Positions 1-10,188 of a stretch of 13,339 bases of DNA are shown here, one piece after another (within the stretch, counting starts at the first letter, position 1; every line of letters starts with the position of its first letter). The notes under the pieces were generated by a model, which saw only the letters and a list, made by a program, of their open reading frames with translations, searched no databases and had not been told where the DNA came from. The stretch comes from Gemmatimonadaceae bacterium (GTDB lineage: Bacteria > Gemmatimonadota > Gemmatimonadetes > Gemmatimonadales > Gemmatimonadaceae). The position numbers and the translations under genes are program-made. The stretch lies in NCBI GenBank assembly GCA_033763905.1, contig JANRJP010000012.1:1-13339 (forward strand). Reading direction: 5' to 3'.

Positions 1-792
1 GATGAGTTCGTACTCCTCCCCGCTGCGCGCCGCGTCGCGGGGCTCGGCCCCGGGCACGCAGGGCAGCCGCTCCAGCGCCACCTGAGCGCGAAGCCCGCTG
101 GCGAGGGCCAGGTGCCCAAGGTCCTGCGCGAATCCGTCAGAAATGTCCATCGCCGCGGTCGCGCCGGCGGCGGCGGCGCGGCGGGCCAGCTCAACCCGTG
201 CCTCAGGGCGCGCGAAGCGCGCGCGGTCGGCGCTCGACGGCACCCCACCGGAGAGCCACGCGGCCAGCGCGCGCCCCGGGCCCCCGAGGGCCCCGCTGAC
301 CCAAATCACGTCCCCCGGCTGCGCCCCGCGGCGCGTGAGGGGCCGGGACGCGTGCCCCAACACGGTGCACGTGAGTGTGAGCGTCGCCCCCTTGGACGTG
401 TCACCGCCAACGATCGGGCAACCCACGGCGGCCGCTGCGTCGCCAACGCCCGCCGCGAGCTCGGTCGCGGTGTGGCGTTGCTCGGCGGGAAGCACCAGCG
501 CCCACAGTACGCCCAGCGGCGTGGCCCCCATCGCCGCCAGATCGCTCAGCGCGGCGGTCGCCGCCCGCCAGCCAATCTCGCGCGGACTCAGCCAGTCGCG
601 GCGAAAGTGCACGTCGTCGACCGCACTGTCGGTCGACACGACCAGCGACGCCCCGTCGGGGACCTGCAGGACCGCCGCGTCGTCGCCAACCCCCTGCGCC
701 TGGGGGCCCCACGCACGCAGCCAGCCGCGCACCAAGTCGAACTCACCACCGGCGCCGAGCGGCGTGTGCGCCCGGTCGGCGCCCTCGCTCAC
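1..792 (-). CDS. thiL: Thiamine-monophosphate kinase (3'-truncated by the window edge)
   Basis: Translated by hand; absent from the ORF track because its stop lies outside the window. GTG at 792 overlaps the nnr stop (GTGA). Reads MSEGADRAHTPLGAGGEFDLVRGW..GVGDDAAVL..STDSAVDDVHF..LSDLAAMGATP..IVGGDT..MDISDG..SGEEYELI, which are the hallmark ThiL motifs. Confidence 0.95.
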   Translation of the reverse strand, partial: MSEGADRAHTPLGAGGEFDLVRGWLRAWGPQAQGVGDDAAVLQVPDGASLVVSTDSAVDDVHFRRDWLSPREIGWRAATAALSDLAAMGATPLGVLWALVLPAEQRHTATELAAGVGDAAAAVGCPIVGGDTSKGATLTLTCTVLGHASRPLTRRGAQPGDVIWVSGALGGPGRALAAWLSGGVPSSADRARFARPEARVELARRAAAAGATAAMDISDGFAQDLGHLALASGLRAQVALERLPCVPGAEPRDAARSGEEYELI

Positions 793-2369
793 GACGGAAC
801 CGCGGGCAGCTCGGCGAGCACCGGCGGCAGGCTCGCCGCGACGTCGAGGTCCCACACCGTCGGCAGCGCCACGAGCACGTCTTCGAGCGTCACGCCGCGC
901 AGCGGCACCTGGTCCCCCGCGCGCTCCGCGGCCACGCCGTGGCCCCACGCCGCGGCCGCCGCCGCCTCTACCAAACCGACGCCCTGCGCCAGCAAGGTCG
1001 CAATGATGCCCGCGAGCACGTCGCCGCTGCCCGCGGTGGCCAGCGCGGGTGTCCCGCGCGCCACGACGAACGGCGCGCCGCCCGGCGCGCAGACCACCGT
1101 CGGCACGCCCTTGAGCAGCACGACGGTATCGGTGACATCCGCCAGTTCCTGCGCGACGTCGAAGCACCGCGAGGTGATTTCGTCCGCCGTGCGGCCGAGC
1201 AGTCGCGCCGCTTCTCCCGCGTGCGGGGTCAGCACTGCGCGCTCACGCGCGACGGCCGCGAGTGCCGGCAGGTCACCGGCGAACGCGTTCAGGGCATCGG
1301 CATCGAGCACCAGCGGGACTGGGGTGGCCTTGGCGACCCGCTCGGTGATGCCACGCGCCTGCGCGGCGCCCAACCCCGGCCCGACGACCACGGCATCGGC
1401 CCACTCACGCACCGCGGCAATCGCTTCGGCGTCATCGGCCGGCCACGGCGCCGATAGCGCCGCGGGCACGGCGCCGACGACGGCGTCTAGCGCCGAGGCC
1501 TCGGCAATGACCTTCACCATTCCCGCGCCACTCGCGAGTGCCGCCCGTGCGCCGAGCACGACCGCGCCCGCCATCCCGGCGGCGCCCCCCACGATCGCGA
1601 GCTTGCCGCGCGTGCCTTTGTGCGCATTCGACGCCATCCGAGGCAGCACGGCGCGCACCCACGCGGCGTCCACGAGCCCGGCGGCGTCGTCACCCAGCTG
1701 CGCAGCGGTCCCGAGCCCGATATCGAGCACCACGACCGTGCCGGTGAGATCGCGGCGCAGCAGCAAGCCCCGCTTGGCCGTACCGAACGTGAGCGTGCAG
1801 TCGGCCTCCACCGTCAGCGCGCCACTGCCGTCGTCCGCGACCAGCCCACTGGGCAGATCGAGCGACACCACCGTGGCGCCCGCACGCTTGGCGGCGCGAA
1901 TGGCGCGAATCGCATCGGCGATCTCGCCCTCGGCGGTTTCGCGCGCCCCGGTGCCGAGCACCGCGTCAATCACCAGACGCTCAGCACCCGTGGGCGGCGT
2001 GGGCACGACGAGCGGCAGCGCGCGTTCGCGCTCGGCTGCGGTATCGGCGGCGCGAGGCGCGGCGGATTCCACGACGTGCACGCGCACGCCGCTCGCCGCC
2101 AACGATGCTGCCACGACCCAGCCGTCGCCGCCGTTGTGGCCGGGGCCGACGAACACCGTGACGCCACGACTCAAGCGACCCGAGAACCGCCGGGCGATCT
2201 CGGCAGCCGCTGCCTGACCGGCCGAGCGCATCAGGGCGCGAGACGGCACGCCGTCGTCCATCGCGCGACGATCGCGCGCGGCACTCTGCGCCGCCGTGGT
2301 CACCGCAACGCGCGGCGCCGTGGCATTGGCCACGCGCGCTACCATCCAACGGCTTTCGCGATGCGACAC
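789..2369 (-). CDS. nnr: Bifunctional NAD(P)H-hydrate epimerase/dehydratase (NnrE-NnrD, YjeF family)
   Basis: YjeF_N motifs GPGHNGGDG, IDAVLGTG, SLDLPSG, TLTFG. Kinase-like domain motifs HKGTRG, GMAGA, GPGLG, LDADALN, LTPHAGEAARL, LLKG, LATAGSGDVLAG. Start uncertain (GTG 2369, ATG 2345 or later). Confidence 0.95.
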   Translation of the reverse strand: MSHRESRWMVARVANATAPRVAVTTAAQSAARDRRAMDDGVPSRALMRSAGQAAAAEIARRFSGRLSRGVTVFVGPGHNGGDGWVVAASLAASGVRVHVVESAAPRAADTAAERERALPLVVPTPPTGAERLVIDAVLGTGARETAEGEIADAIRAIRAAKRAGATVVSLDLPSGLVADDGSGALTVEADCTLTFGTAKRGLLLRRDLTGTVVVLDIGLGTAAQLGDDAAGLVDAAWVRAVLPRMASNAHKGTRGKLAIVGGAAGMAGAVVLGARAALASGAGMVKVIAEASALDAVVGAVPAALSAPWPADDAEAIAAVREWADAVVVGPGLGAAQARGITERVAKATPVPLVLDADALNAFAGDLPALAAVARERAVLTPHAGEAARLLGRTADEITSRCFDVAQELADVTDTVVLLKGVPTVVCAPGGAPFVVARGTPALATAGSGDVLAGIIATLLAQGVGLVEAAAAAAWGHGVAAERAGDQVPLRGVTLEDVLVALPTVWDLDVAASLPPVLAELPAVPS

Positions 2370-2380
2370 GATGCGACGCG

Positions 2381-2761
2381 CTAGAGCGCGACCGTCCAGG
2401 GATACGCCCGCTGGAACGCGTCGGCGAAGTCATACACGCCGATGAAGTCGTCCCGTCGGTCGCCGGGGGCCGTGACGAGCAGGCCGAGCTCGACCATCGT
2501 GAAGACCACGTCGCCAAAATCCTCGGTCGAGCGGATGCCCCAGTGTTCCAGCACCGGCCGCGCCATCACGCCGAAGCGCTCCACCGCGAAATCTCGGCAG
2601 GCTTCGGCCAACTCACGCCCCGAGATGTGGCGCCGCTCGGTCATCCGGTTCTGGGCGAACTCCAGCGCGCCAAGCAGGAAGAGATACGCCTGCTCGTGGT
2701 ACCGCTTCTCCCGGAGGAGAATGCGGTCCATCACGCCGTCACGGAATGCGAGTTCTGGCAT
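2381..2761 (-). CDS. Minf_1886-family (Plancto/Verruco-type) conserved protein of unknown function
   Basis: 126 aa with RY..AY.F..AL, RHISGREL, FG.MA..VL.HWGI.STEDFGDVVF.MVE.GLL and DDF..VYDF..AF, a pattern I recognise as this family. Not confirmed by an HMM search. Confidence 0.8.
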   Translation of the reverse strand: MPELAFRDGVMDRILLREKRYHEQAYLFLLGALEFAQNRMTERRHISGRELAEACRDFAVERFGVMARPVLEHWGIRSTEDFGDVVFTMVELGLLVTAPGDRRDDFIGVYDFADAFQRAYPWTVAL

Positions 2762-2769
2762 CGTCTCGC

Positions 2770-2798
2770 ATTATGGAAAGTCCGCGCCAGCGGCACAA
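2770..2798 (-). promoter_or_regulatory. Putative sigma70 promoter for the Minf_1886-nnr-thiL unit
   Basis: On the minus strand: TTGTGC (2798-2793), 17 nt spacer, CATAAT (2775-2770), then 8 nt to the ATG at 2761. Confidence 0.6.
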
Positions 2799-2858
2799 TG
2801 GCCGGTGCCCCCTTGACCGTCGGTCCTGCGGTGCTCCGCGGCGTCGGCCGCCCGCGGG

Positions 2859-2887
2859 TTGCCGCGCGTGCGCGGGGGCCGGAAGTT
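2859..2887 (+). promoter_or_regulatory. Possible sigma70 promoter for the acylase gene
   Basis: TTGCCG (2859-2864), 17 nt spacer, GAAGTT (2882-2887; keeps the -11A and -7T positions), then 6 nt to the ATG at 2894. The -10 match is weak. Confidence 0.35.
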
Positions 2888-2893
2888 CAAGGG

Positions 2894-5350
2894 ATGCGCC
2901 TCTTCGTGAATGCTCGCGCGCTGCCGGCGGTCGCCGGTGGCCTGATTGCCCTCTCGACGCCTGCGCCGACGTCCGCGGCCCCCCCAGCGACGTGGCGCCC
3001 GGCCTCCGGCGCGTCCACGCGCGCGGCGGACAGCACTCTTTCGGCCGCCGGACTTCGCGCCCCGGTGACGCTGACGCGCGACACCGCAGGCGTCGTGCAC
3101 ATTCGCGCCGCCAACGAGCACGATCTGTTCTTTGCGCAGGGGTGGAGCGTGGCGCGCGATCGGCTGTTCCAGTTGGAGCAATGGCGCCGATTCGCGACCG
3201 GCACGTGGGCCGAAGTGCTGGGCCCGCGCGCGCTGTCGGTGGACCGCGCGATGCGGCAGTTGCGGTATCGCGGGTCCCTCGCGGCCGATCTCGCGTGGTA
3301 CCACCCGCGCGGCGCCGCGATCGTACAGGCCTTCGTCGACGGCATCAACGCGTACATCGCGCTGACCGAGGCCGATCCGTCGCGCTTGAGCCCCGAGTTC
3401 GCGTTGCTGGGCCTGACGCCGGGCCGCTGGACGCCTGCGGTCGTGGTGTCGCGTCACAACGGACTCTTCGGCAACGCCAACGAGGAATTGGACGTCGCGA
3501 AGGCTCGGCGGCTGTTCGGTGACGAGGTCGTCACGTGGCTCGGCCGCGGCGTCCTCGACGTGGCGCGCATCGCGCGCGATCCCGCGGTGGCCGCGCCCGA
3601 CGACCTGCTCGACGACTATCGGCCGAATCTGCGCTTCGGCCTGCGGCCCGACGATGTGCGGGCGGATGCGCGTCGCTCGGCATCGCGCACCGAATCGTGG
3701 GCGACACGGTTTCTCGAGGGCTCGAACAACTGGGTGCTCGCGGGCGCACACACCGCGAGCGGCAAGCCGTTGGTGGCGAATGATCCGCATCGCGTGATCG
3801 CCGCTCCGTCCTTGCGGTATCTGGTGCACCTCTCGGCGCCAGGCTGGGAAGTGGCGGGCGCAGGTGAACCGGCGCTGCCGGGCGTCGCGATCGGGCGCAA
3901 TCGGGCGGGCGCCTGGGGGCTCACGATCTGGAGCATCGACAACGAAGACATCATCGCGTACCCGCTCGACGCGACCGATTCGCTCCGGTACCGCACCCGG
4001 ACGGGATGGCAGCGATTCGTGACCGAGCGCGACACGATTCGCGTGCGCGGCGCGGCGCCCCAGGTGGTGGAGCATCTGTTCACTGTCGATGGTCCGGTCA
4101 TTCGCGTCGACCGCGCGGCGGGCCGCGCGTACGCGATGCGCCGCGGCGCGAACCAGATCGGCACCGCGCCGTATCTCGCCAGCCTGCGGCTGGACCAAGC
4201 GCGCTCGTGGCCCGAATTCCGGGCCGCTCTCGAGTTCGCGCGCGCGCCGAGCCTCAATTGGGTGTGGGGTGACACCAGCGGCACGATCGGCTGGCAGGTC
4301 GCAGGATACGCGCCGAAGCGCCGCGGCTACGGCGGTGCCACCGTCGTGCCGGGAGACTCCACCTTCGACTGGACCGGCACGTGGCGAGTGGCCGATTTGC
4401 CCAACCGGACGGCGAAGGGCAGCGGCTTCGTGCACAGCGCCAACGAAAACAACGCGCCGTCGACCTATCCGCACCAGAACGCGGTGGCACCCACGGGGTG
4501 GGCCGAGACGTTTCGCGCGGATCGCGTCGCGGAAGTCCTGCGGCAGGCCTCCAAGGCTACGTGGCGCGAGATGGCCGCCCTGCAGTACGACGAGACGTCC
4601 CTGCCCTCGCGCTTGCTCCGGCCACACGTGTTGCGTGTGACCCCGCGCACGACCCGCGCCACCGAAGCACTCGCCGTGGTGCGGGCGTGGAACGGCGTGC
4701 TGGACTCGCTGTCGGTCGGCGCGACGATCTACCGCGCCACGCAGACCGGACTGCAGACGGCGGTTGAGCGCCGGCTCACGCGCGGCCAGCCAAGCCCGGT
4801 GCCGATCAGCATCGTGGGAACGGCGGCGTGGCTCGACGCGCACGCGACCGAGGCGGCGCCGATCGTGGATTCGGTATTCCACGCCACGGTCGAGCAACTC
4901 GCGACCACGCGCGGCCCCGATATCGCCACCTGGCGCTTCGGCGACGTGCGCCACGGCCATCGCACCGCGATCCGGCATCCGCTGTCGCGCGCGGTGGTGG
5001 ATTCGCTGCGCACGCGATTCGATATGCCGCCGCGTGCCCGCGGCGGCGATGGCGACACGCCCCACGCGACCGGTGACGGTGCCGAGCAGCTCGGCGGCGC
5101 GTCGTTCCGCATCGTGGCGGACCTCGTGCACCTCGACTCGACGTGGGTGACCAACGTGCCCGGGCAATCCGGGGATGTGCGCAGCCGCTACTACGCGAAC
5201 CTCTACGACGGCTGGGTGCGCGGCGCGTACGTGCGGCTCTCAATGACCACGGCGGCGATTGCCGAAGCAACCGCCGCCGTGACCGAGCTGCGCCCTGCGT
5301 CGGTCAGACCTGCGCCAGCGCGTGGGGGTAGAGCGGGAAGCGGTCGGTAA
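2894..5350 (+). CDS. Penicillin acylase / AHL-acylase family Ntn-hydrolase (peptidase S45), probably exported
   Basis: Alpha-subunit motifs [30 protein letters not shown]. Autoproteolytic beta-subunit start [22 protein letters not shown] (Ser codon 3722-3724). Also [25 protein letters not shown]...YYANLY..W. ATG 2894 is preferred over the ORF-track start at 2543, which would overlap the opposite-strand gene; it gives a signal-peptide-like N-terminus and 818 aa. Confidence 0.92.
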   Translation: MRLFVNARALPAVAGGLIALSTPAPTSAAPPATWRPASGASTRAADSTLSAAGLRAPVTLTRDTAGVVHIRAANEHDLFFAQGWSVARDRLFQLEQWRRFATGTWAEVLGPRALSVDRAMRQLRYRGSLAADLAWYHPRGAAIVQAFVDGINAYIALTEADPSRLSPEFALLGLTPGRWTPAVVVSRHNGLFGNANEELDVAKARRLFGDEVVTWLGRGVLDVARIARDPAVAAPDDLLDDYRPNLRFGLRPDDVRADARRSASRTESWATRFLEGSNNWVLAGAHTASGKPLVANDPHRVIAAPSLRYLVHLSAPGWEVAGAGEPALPGVAIGRNRAGAWGLTIWSIDNEDIIAYPLDATDSLRYRTRTGWQRFVTERDTIRVRGAAPQVVEHLFTVDGPVIRVDRAAGRAYAMRRGANQIGTAPYLASLRLDQARSWPEFRAALEFARAPSLNWVWGDTSGTIGWQVAGYAPKRRGYGGATVVPGDSTFDWTGTWRVADLPNRTAKGSGFVHSANENNAPSTYPHQNAVAPTGWAETFRADRVAEVLRQASKATWREMAALQYDETSLPSRLLRPHVLRVTPRTTRATEALAVVRAWNGVLDSLSVGATIYRATQTGLQTAVERRLTRGQPSPVPISIVGTAAWLDAHATEAAPIVDSVFHATVEQLATTRGPDIATWRFGDVRHGHRTAIRHPLSRAVVDSLRTRFDMPPRARGGDGDTPHATGDGAEQLGGASFRIVADLVHLDSTWVTNVPGQSGDVRSRYYANLYDGWVRGAYVRLSMTTAAIAEATAAVTELRPASVRPAPARGGRAGSGR

Positions 5351-6590
5351 GCGTCTTCACATCGGCGCGAACCGCGGCGAGCGTCGCGGCGTCTTCCGGC
5401 GCCGCGAGCGCCTGATCGATCAGCGCGGCGATGCGCGCCATTTCCGGCGTGCCCATCCCGCGCGTGGTCACCGCCGGCGTGCCAATGCGAATGCCGCTCG
5501 TCACGAAGGGCGACTGCGTTTCCTTCGGCACCGTGTTCTTGTTCACCGTAATCGCCGCCTTGTCGAGCGCCTGCTCGGCGATCTTGCCGGTGAGGTTCTT
5601 CGAGCGCAGGTCCACCAGCATCAGGTGATTATCGGTGCCGCCGGACACGATGTGATAGCCGCGCGCAGCCAACTCGCCCGCCAAGGCGCGCGCGTTGGCG
5701 ACCACGCGGGCCGAGTATTCGCGGAACGACGGCTGCAGGGCTTCGTGGAAGGCCACCGCCTTGCCCGCGATGACGTGCTCGAGCGGCCCGCCCTGCGTGC
5801 CGGGGAACATCGCCTTGTCGATCGCCTTGGCGTGTTCGGCCTTGCACAGAATGAGCCCGCCACGCGGACCACGCAGCGTCTTGTGGGTCGTGGTGGTCAC
5901 GACATCGGCGTGGGGCACCGGCGACGGGTAGTGCCCGGTGGCGACGAGACCGGCCACGTGCGCCATATCCACGAGGAACAGCGCACCGACTTCGCGCGCA
6001 ATCGACGCGAAGGCCGCGAAGTCGAGCGGACGCGAGTACGCACTGAAGCCGGCAATGAGCATCTTCGGCCGGTGCGCGAGCGCCTGGTCGCGGACGCGAT
6101 CCATATCGATGATGCCCTCGTCGTTCACCCCGTAGTGCACGGCCTTGTAGATGAGCCCCGAAAAGTTCACCGGGGAGCCGTGGGTCAGGTGCCCACCGTG
6201 CGAGAGATCGAGCCCCAGCACGGTGTCACCGGGCTTGAGGAAGGCCAGATACACCGCCGCATTCGCCTGAGCGCCCGAGTGCGGCTGCACATTGGCGTGC
6301 TCGGCACCGAAGAGCCGCTTGACGCGGTCGATCGCGAGCTGCTCGACTTCGTCGACCACCTCGCAGCCGCCGTAATAGCGCTTCCCCGGCAGGCCTTCGG
6401 CGTACTTGTTGGTGAGCGTCGAGCCCACCGCCTCCATCACCGCGGGGGACACGAAGTTCTCGCTCGCGATGAGTTCGAGCCCTTCGCACTGCCGCGCCGT
6501 CTCGCGGCGCACCAGCGCGGCGATCTCGGGATCTGCCGCTTCGAGGGCCGCGCCAGGCGGCATCCGGTCCCAACTCTGCCAGTTCGTCAC
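5304..6590 (-). CDS. glyA: Serine hydroxymethyltransferase
   Basis: Motifs [46 protein letters not shown], the PLP-lysine motif [33 protein letters not shown] start at 6590 overlaps the rpiB stop (GTGA) and is preceded by a GGAGGGGAG SD-like sequence. Confidence 0.98.
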   Translation of the reverse strand: MTNWQSWDRMPPGAALEAADPEIAALVRRETARQCEGLELIASENFVSPAVMEAVGSTLTNKYAEGLPGKRYYGGCEVVDEVEQLAIDRVKRLFGAEHANVQPHSGAQANAAVYLAFLKPGDTVLGLDLSHGGHLTHGSPVNFSGLIYKAVHYGVNDEGIIDMDRVRDQALAHRPKMLIAGFSAYSRPLDFAAFASIAREVGALFLVDMAHVAGLVATGHYPSPVPHADVVTTTTHKTLRGPRGGLILCKAEHAKAIDKAMFPGTQGGPLEHVIAGKAVAFHEALQPSFREYSARVVANARALAGELAARGYHIVSGGTDNHLMLVDLRSKNLTGKIAEQALDKAAITVNKNTVPKETQSPFVTSGIRIGTPAVTTRGMGTPEMARIAALIDQALAAPEDAATLAAVRADVKTLTDRFPLYPHALAQV

Positions 6591-7039
6591 TTGCTCCCCT
6601 CCGGGTGATCGATCTTGTCCACGCGGCGTTCGTGCCGGCCGCCTTCGAACGGCGTCGCGAGCCACGTCTTGAGAATATCGAGTGCGTCATCGTCCGACAC
6701 AAAGCGCGCCGGCAACACCAGCACGTTCGCATCGTTGTGCTCGCGCGCGAGCTTGGCCACTTCGGGCGTCCAGGCCACACCGGCGCGCACGTGCGGGTAG
6801 CGGTTGGCCACGTACGACATCCCGAGCCCGGTGCCGCACAGCAGGACGCCCCGCTTGGCCTTGCCTTCGCTGATCTCGCGCGCCAACGGATGCGCGTAAT
6901 CCGGGTAGTCGGTGCTCGCTTCGCTCGAGGTCCCGAGGTTCTCGACGTCGTAGCCCAGCTGGGCGAGCGCGGCCGCCAGCTTCTCCTTCAAGGCGAAGCC
7001 GGCGTGATCCGATGCAATCGGGATGCGTTCCTTGGACAT
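6587..7039 (-). CDS. rpiB: Ribose-5-phosphate isomerase B
   Basis: Motifs [17 protein letters not shown] (catalytic Cys), [26 protein letters not shown] at 7049-7045 overlaps the upstream stop codon. Confidence 0.96.
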   Translation of the reverse strand: MSKERIPIASDHAGFALKEKLAAALAQLGYDVENLGTSSEASTDYPDYAHPLAREISEGKAKRGVLLCGTGLGMSYVANRYPHVRAGVAWTPEVAKLAREHNDANVLVLPARFVSDDDALDILKTWLATPFEGGRHERRVDKIDHPEGSK

Positions 7040-7047
7040 CGTAGCTC

Positions 7048-8115
7048 CTATTCGCTGCGGGGCATTTGCGGCCAGGTGCGCACCATCGCGCGCACCGACT
7101 CGATGCGCCGTTCGGCCAGCCGATCGGCAGCAACGTACGTGGGGATCTTCTGCTCGCTCGCAATATCGAATACCCCGAGCACGGTGTCGTAGATCTCGTC
7201 CGCCTTGCGAAGCGCGCGTTCGCCCGTCCAGCCGGCGAGTTCGCTGTACACGTTGATGACGCCGCCCGCGTTCACGACGTAGTCGGGGGCGTAGCGGATA
7301 CCGCGCGCCTCGATCGCCTCGCCGTGCCGCGGCTCGAGCAACTGGTTGTTCGCGGCACCGGCAATGACCTGCACCTTGAACTGCGGCATCGTGGTGTCGT
7401 TGATCACTGCGCCGAGCGCGCAGGGGGCAAAGATGTCTGCGGCCACGCCATAGATCTCGTCCGGCTTCACCACCGACGCGCCGAACTCCTTGACCACGCG
7501 CTCAATGCGGCCGGCGTCGATGTCGGTCACCGTCAACCGCGCTCCGACTTCGTGCAGGTGCTTGCACAGGTAGTACCCGACGTGGCCGAGCCCCTGCACC
7601 GTCACGTGCTTGCCGCCCAGGTCGTCGGAGCCCCAGTGCACCTTGGCGGTCGCCTGAATCGCCCGGAAGACGCCGCGCGCCGTCACCGGCGAGGGATCGC
7701 CCGACCGCTGCTGCAGGCCGGCCACCCACTGGGTCTCCATATGCACGAAGTCCATATCGAGCGGGCTGGTCCCGACGTCTTCCGCCGTGATGTAACGCCC
7801 CCCGAGGGAGTCCACGAAGCGACCGTGCGCGCGGAAGAGATACTCGCGGCGCGTGGTCTTGTTGTCGCCGATGATGACCGACTTGCCGCCGCCTAGATTC
7901 AGGCCCGCGACGGCGTTCTTGTACGTCATCCCGCGCGCCAGCCGCAGCGCGTCGGTGAGCGCCTCTTCGTCGGTGGCGTAGTTCCAGAAGCGCGTGCCGC
8001 CGAGCGCGGGGCCCAGCGTGGTGTCGTGAATGGCGATGATGCCGCGATAGCCCGTGGCCTTGTCGTGCGAGATGACCACCTGCTCGTGGCCCATCTCGGA
8101 AATCTGCTTGAACAT
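7048..8115 (-). CDS. Glu/Leu/Phe/Val dehydrogenase family, leucine dehydrogenase-like
   Basis: From ATG 8115 ([14 protein letters not shown]): [84 protein letters not shown]. The ORF-track extension to 8880 is an out-of-frame overlap with the acyl-CoA dehydrogenase gene. Confidence 0.94.
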   Translation of the reverse strand: MFKQISEMGHEQVVISHDKATGYRGIIAIHDTTLGPALGGTRFWNYATDEEALTDALRLARGMTYKNAVAGLNLGGGKSVIIGDNKTTRREYLFRAHGRFVDSLGGRYITAEDVGTSPLDMDFVHMETQWVAGLQQRSGDPSPVTARGVFRAIQATAKVHWGSDDLGGKHVTVQGLGHVGYYLCKHLHEVGARLTVTDIDAGRIERVVKEFGASVVKPDEIYGVAADIFAPCALGAVINDTTMPQFKVQVIAGAANNQLLEPRHGEAIEARGIRYAPDYVVNAGGVINVYSELAGWTGERALRKADEIYDTVLGVFDIASEQKIPTYVAADRLAERRIESVRAMVRTWPQMPRSE

Positions 8116-8132
8116 CAGCGAATGGTCTGGTG

Positions 8133-8168
8133 ATGACCGCCCCCGCCGCCATCGGCGGGGACCGTCAT
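8133..8168 (-). other. Intergenic GC-rich RNA stem-loop
   Basis: On the minus strand: AUGAC-GGU-CCCCGCCG-(AUGG)-CGGCGGGG-GCG-GUCAU, about 15 pairs with one G-G mismatch, starting immediately after the TGA at 8169. No U-tract follows. Confidence 0.7.
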
Positions 8169-9335
8169 TCAGTCGGCGTAGAGTTCGCGGGCAATCACGA
8201 CCCGCTGGACTTCGGACGTGCCTTCGTAGATCTCGGTCACCTTCGCATCGCGGAAGAATCGCTCGACCGGATACTCCTTCACGTACCCGTATCCGCCGAA
8301 GATCTGCACCGCCTGCGTGGTCACCCACATCGCCGTCTCCGACGCGAGCAACTTGCACATCGAGCCGAAACGGGTGATCGGCTCCCCGCGATCCTTCGCG
8401 GCCGCCGTGGCGTGCAACAGCGCACGCGCCGAGGCGATGCGGGCCGCCATATCGGCCAGCTTGAACTGCACCGCCTGAAAATCCTTGATCGGCTGGCCGA
8501 ACTGCCGACGCTCCGCCGCATAGGCCACCGAGGCTTCGAGCGCCGCGCGCGCGATGCCAATGGCCTGCGCGGCGATGCCCAGCCGCCCGTGATCGAGCGA
8601 CTGCATCGCGTAGATGAACCCCTGCCCTTCGGCACCGAGCAGGCGATCCCCCGGCACGCGGCAGTCGTCGAGCACGATCTGCACCGTCGGAGACGCGCGG
8701 AGGCCGAGCTTGTCCTCCTTCTTGCCGATCGAGAAGCCGGGCAGGTCCGGCGTCAGAATGAACGTCGAGATGCCCTTCGAACCCTTGCGGGCGTCGGGCG
8801 TGTCGGTCCGTGCCATACAGAGCAGCACGCCGGCGTGCGTGCCTTGCGTCACCCACGCCTTGGTGCCCGTGAGCCGCCACCCGTCACCGTCGCGCACCGC
8901 CTGCGTGCGGAGCGACGCGGCGTCAGAGCCGCTGTCGGGTTCGCTCAAGCAGAACGCGCCGAGCAGTTCGCCCCGCGCCATCGGCTTGAGGAAGCGCTCC
9001 TGCTGCGCTGGCGAGCCCCAGCGGAGCAGCATCTGCGTGGGCAGCGAGTTGTGCACGCTCATCATCACCGCGGCCGATGCGTCGGCCACGGCGATCTCCT
9101 CGAGCGCGAGCAGATAGCTCAGCGAATCGAGCCCGAGCCCGTCGAACTGTTCGGGGAGCAGCATCCCCAGGAACCCGAGCTCGCCAAGCTTGCGGATGAG
9201 CGTCGGTTCGAAGTGACTATGCTCGTCCCAGGCCGCGGCGTTGGGCGCGAGTTCCTGCTCGGCGAAGGCCCGCGCGGTCTCGACGATCGCGCGCTGCTCA
9301 TCGGTGAGCGGGGTCAGCAGAGTGGACGTCGGCAC
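8169..9335 (-). CDS. Acyl-CoA dehydrogenase (short/branched-chain type)
   Basis: Motifs [83 protein letters not shown] (catalytic Glu in IYEG). Confidence 0.96.
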   Translation of the reverse strand: MPTSTLLTPLTDEQRAIVETARAFAEQELAPNAAAWDEHSHFEPTLIRKLGELGFLGMLLPEQFDGLGLDSLSYLLALEEIAVADASAAVMMSVHNSLPTQMLLRWGSPAQQERFLKPMARGELLGAFCLSEPDSGSDAASLRTQAVRDGDGWRLTGTKAWVTQGTHAGVLLCMARTDTPDARKGSKGISTFILTPDLPGFSIGKKEDKLGLRASPTVQIVLDDCRVPGDRLLGAEGQGFIYAMQSLDHGRLGIAAQAIGIARAALEASVAYAAERRQFGQPIKDFQAVQFKLADMAARIASARALLHATAAAKDRGEPITRFGSMCKLLASETAMWVTTQAVQIFGGYGYVKEYPVERFFRDAKVTEIYEGTSEVQRVVIARELYAD

Positions 9336-9336
9336 G

Positions 9337-10188
9337 TCAGCCCTCGTAGGTGTAGAAGCCGCGACCCGACTTCCGGCCCAGCCAGCCGGCCGCGACGTAC
9401 TTCTTGAGCAGTGGACACGGACGGTACTTGGGGTCGCCCAACCCGCGCTGCAGCACCTCGAGAATGCTCACGCACGTGTCGAGGCCGATCAGGTCGGCGA
9501 GCGCCAAGGGGCCCATCGGGTGGTTCATCCCGAGCTTCATCACGGTGTCGATCGACTCCACGGTGCCGACGCCTTCCATCAGGCAGTACACCGCTTCGTT
9601 GATCATCGGCATCAGCACCCGGTTCGACACGAAGCCCGGGTAGTCGTTCACCTCGGTCGGGATCTTCCCCACCGACTTGGCCAGCGCAACGGTCTTCTGC
9701 GTCGTGGCGTCCGTCGTCGCGAGACCGCGAATGACTTCGACCAACTGCATCACCGGCACCGGATTCATAAAGTGCATCCCGATCACCTCGCCCGGGCGCT
9801 TGGTGCGCGCGGCGATCTCGGTGATGGAGATGGAGCTGGTGTTCGACGCCAGAATCGCCCCGGCTGGTGCAATGCCGTCGAGATCCTTGAAGATGCGGAA
9901 CTTGAGCTCGGTGTTCTCGGTCGCGGCCTCCACCACGAGCGTCGACGTCGACGCCGCGCCCAGATCGGTGCTCGTGGCGAGCCGCCCCAGCGCGGCATCG
10001 CGTGCGGCCGCATCGAGCGAGCCCTTCTTCACCTGACGCTCGAGATTCTTCTCGATCGTCGCGCGACCGCGCGCCAGCGCGTCGGCCGACACGTCGATCA
10101 TCGTCACCGGAAACCCACCGGTCGCGAAGACGTGGGCAATGCCGTTGCCCATCTGGCCGGCGCCCACCACACTGATCACGTCACTCAT
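9337..10188 (-). CDS. hbd: 3-hydroxybutyryl-CoA / 3-hydroxyacyl-CoA dehydrogenase
   Basis: Rossmann motif [80 protein letters not shown]. Confidence 0.95.
   Translation of the reverse strand: MSDVISVVGAGQMGNGIAHVFATGGFPVTMIDVSADALARGRATIEKNLERQVKKGSLDAAARDAALGRLATSTDLGAASTSTLVVEAATENTELKFRIFKDLDGIAPAGAILASNTSSISITEIAARTKRPGEVIGMHFMNPVPVMQLVEVIRGLATTDATTQKTVALAKSVGKIPTEVNDYPGFVSNRVLMPMINEAVYCLMEGVGTVESIDTVMKLGMNHPMGPLALADLIGLDTCVSILEVLQRGLGDPKYRPCPLLKKYVAAGWLGRKSGRGFYTYEG

Noticed and set aside
2121..2147. GHNGGDG in the NnrE domain instead of the usual GNNGGDG
   Set aside because: The remaining NGGDG and DxxxGTG/DxPSG motifs are intact. A single substitution is insufficient to claim altered function.
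112..2217. 701-aa plus-strand ORF and other nested plus-strand ORFs
   Set aside because: Antisense to the well-supported thiL and nnr genes, with low-complexity Ala/Ser/Thr/Arg composition.
2359..2380. Tandem 10-nt near-repeat CGATGCGAC(A/G) at the Minf_1886/nnr junction
   Set aside because: Only two copies and no spacers. Not CRISPR-like; plausibly chance or a small local duplication.
2813..2818. TTGACC, a good -35-like hexamer on the plus strand
   Set aside because: No -10-like hexamer lies 16-18 nt downstream.
2771..5167. 798-aa minus-strand ORF
   Set aside because: Antisense shadow of the acylase gene, with no family motifs.
5322..6608. 428-aa plus-strand ORF
   Set aside because: Antisense shadow of glyA.
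7048..8880. Apparent 610-aa dehydrogenase with a long N-terminal extension (possible fusion or frameshift)
   Set aside because: The extension is an alternative frame of the intact acd gene, which has its own stop at 8169. Dehydrogenase homology starts at ATG 8115.
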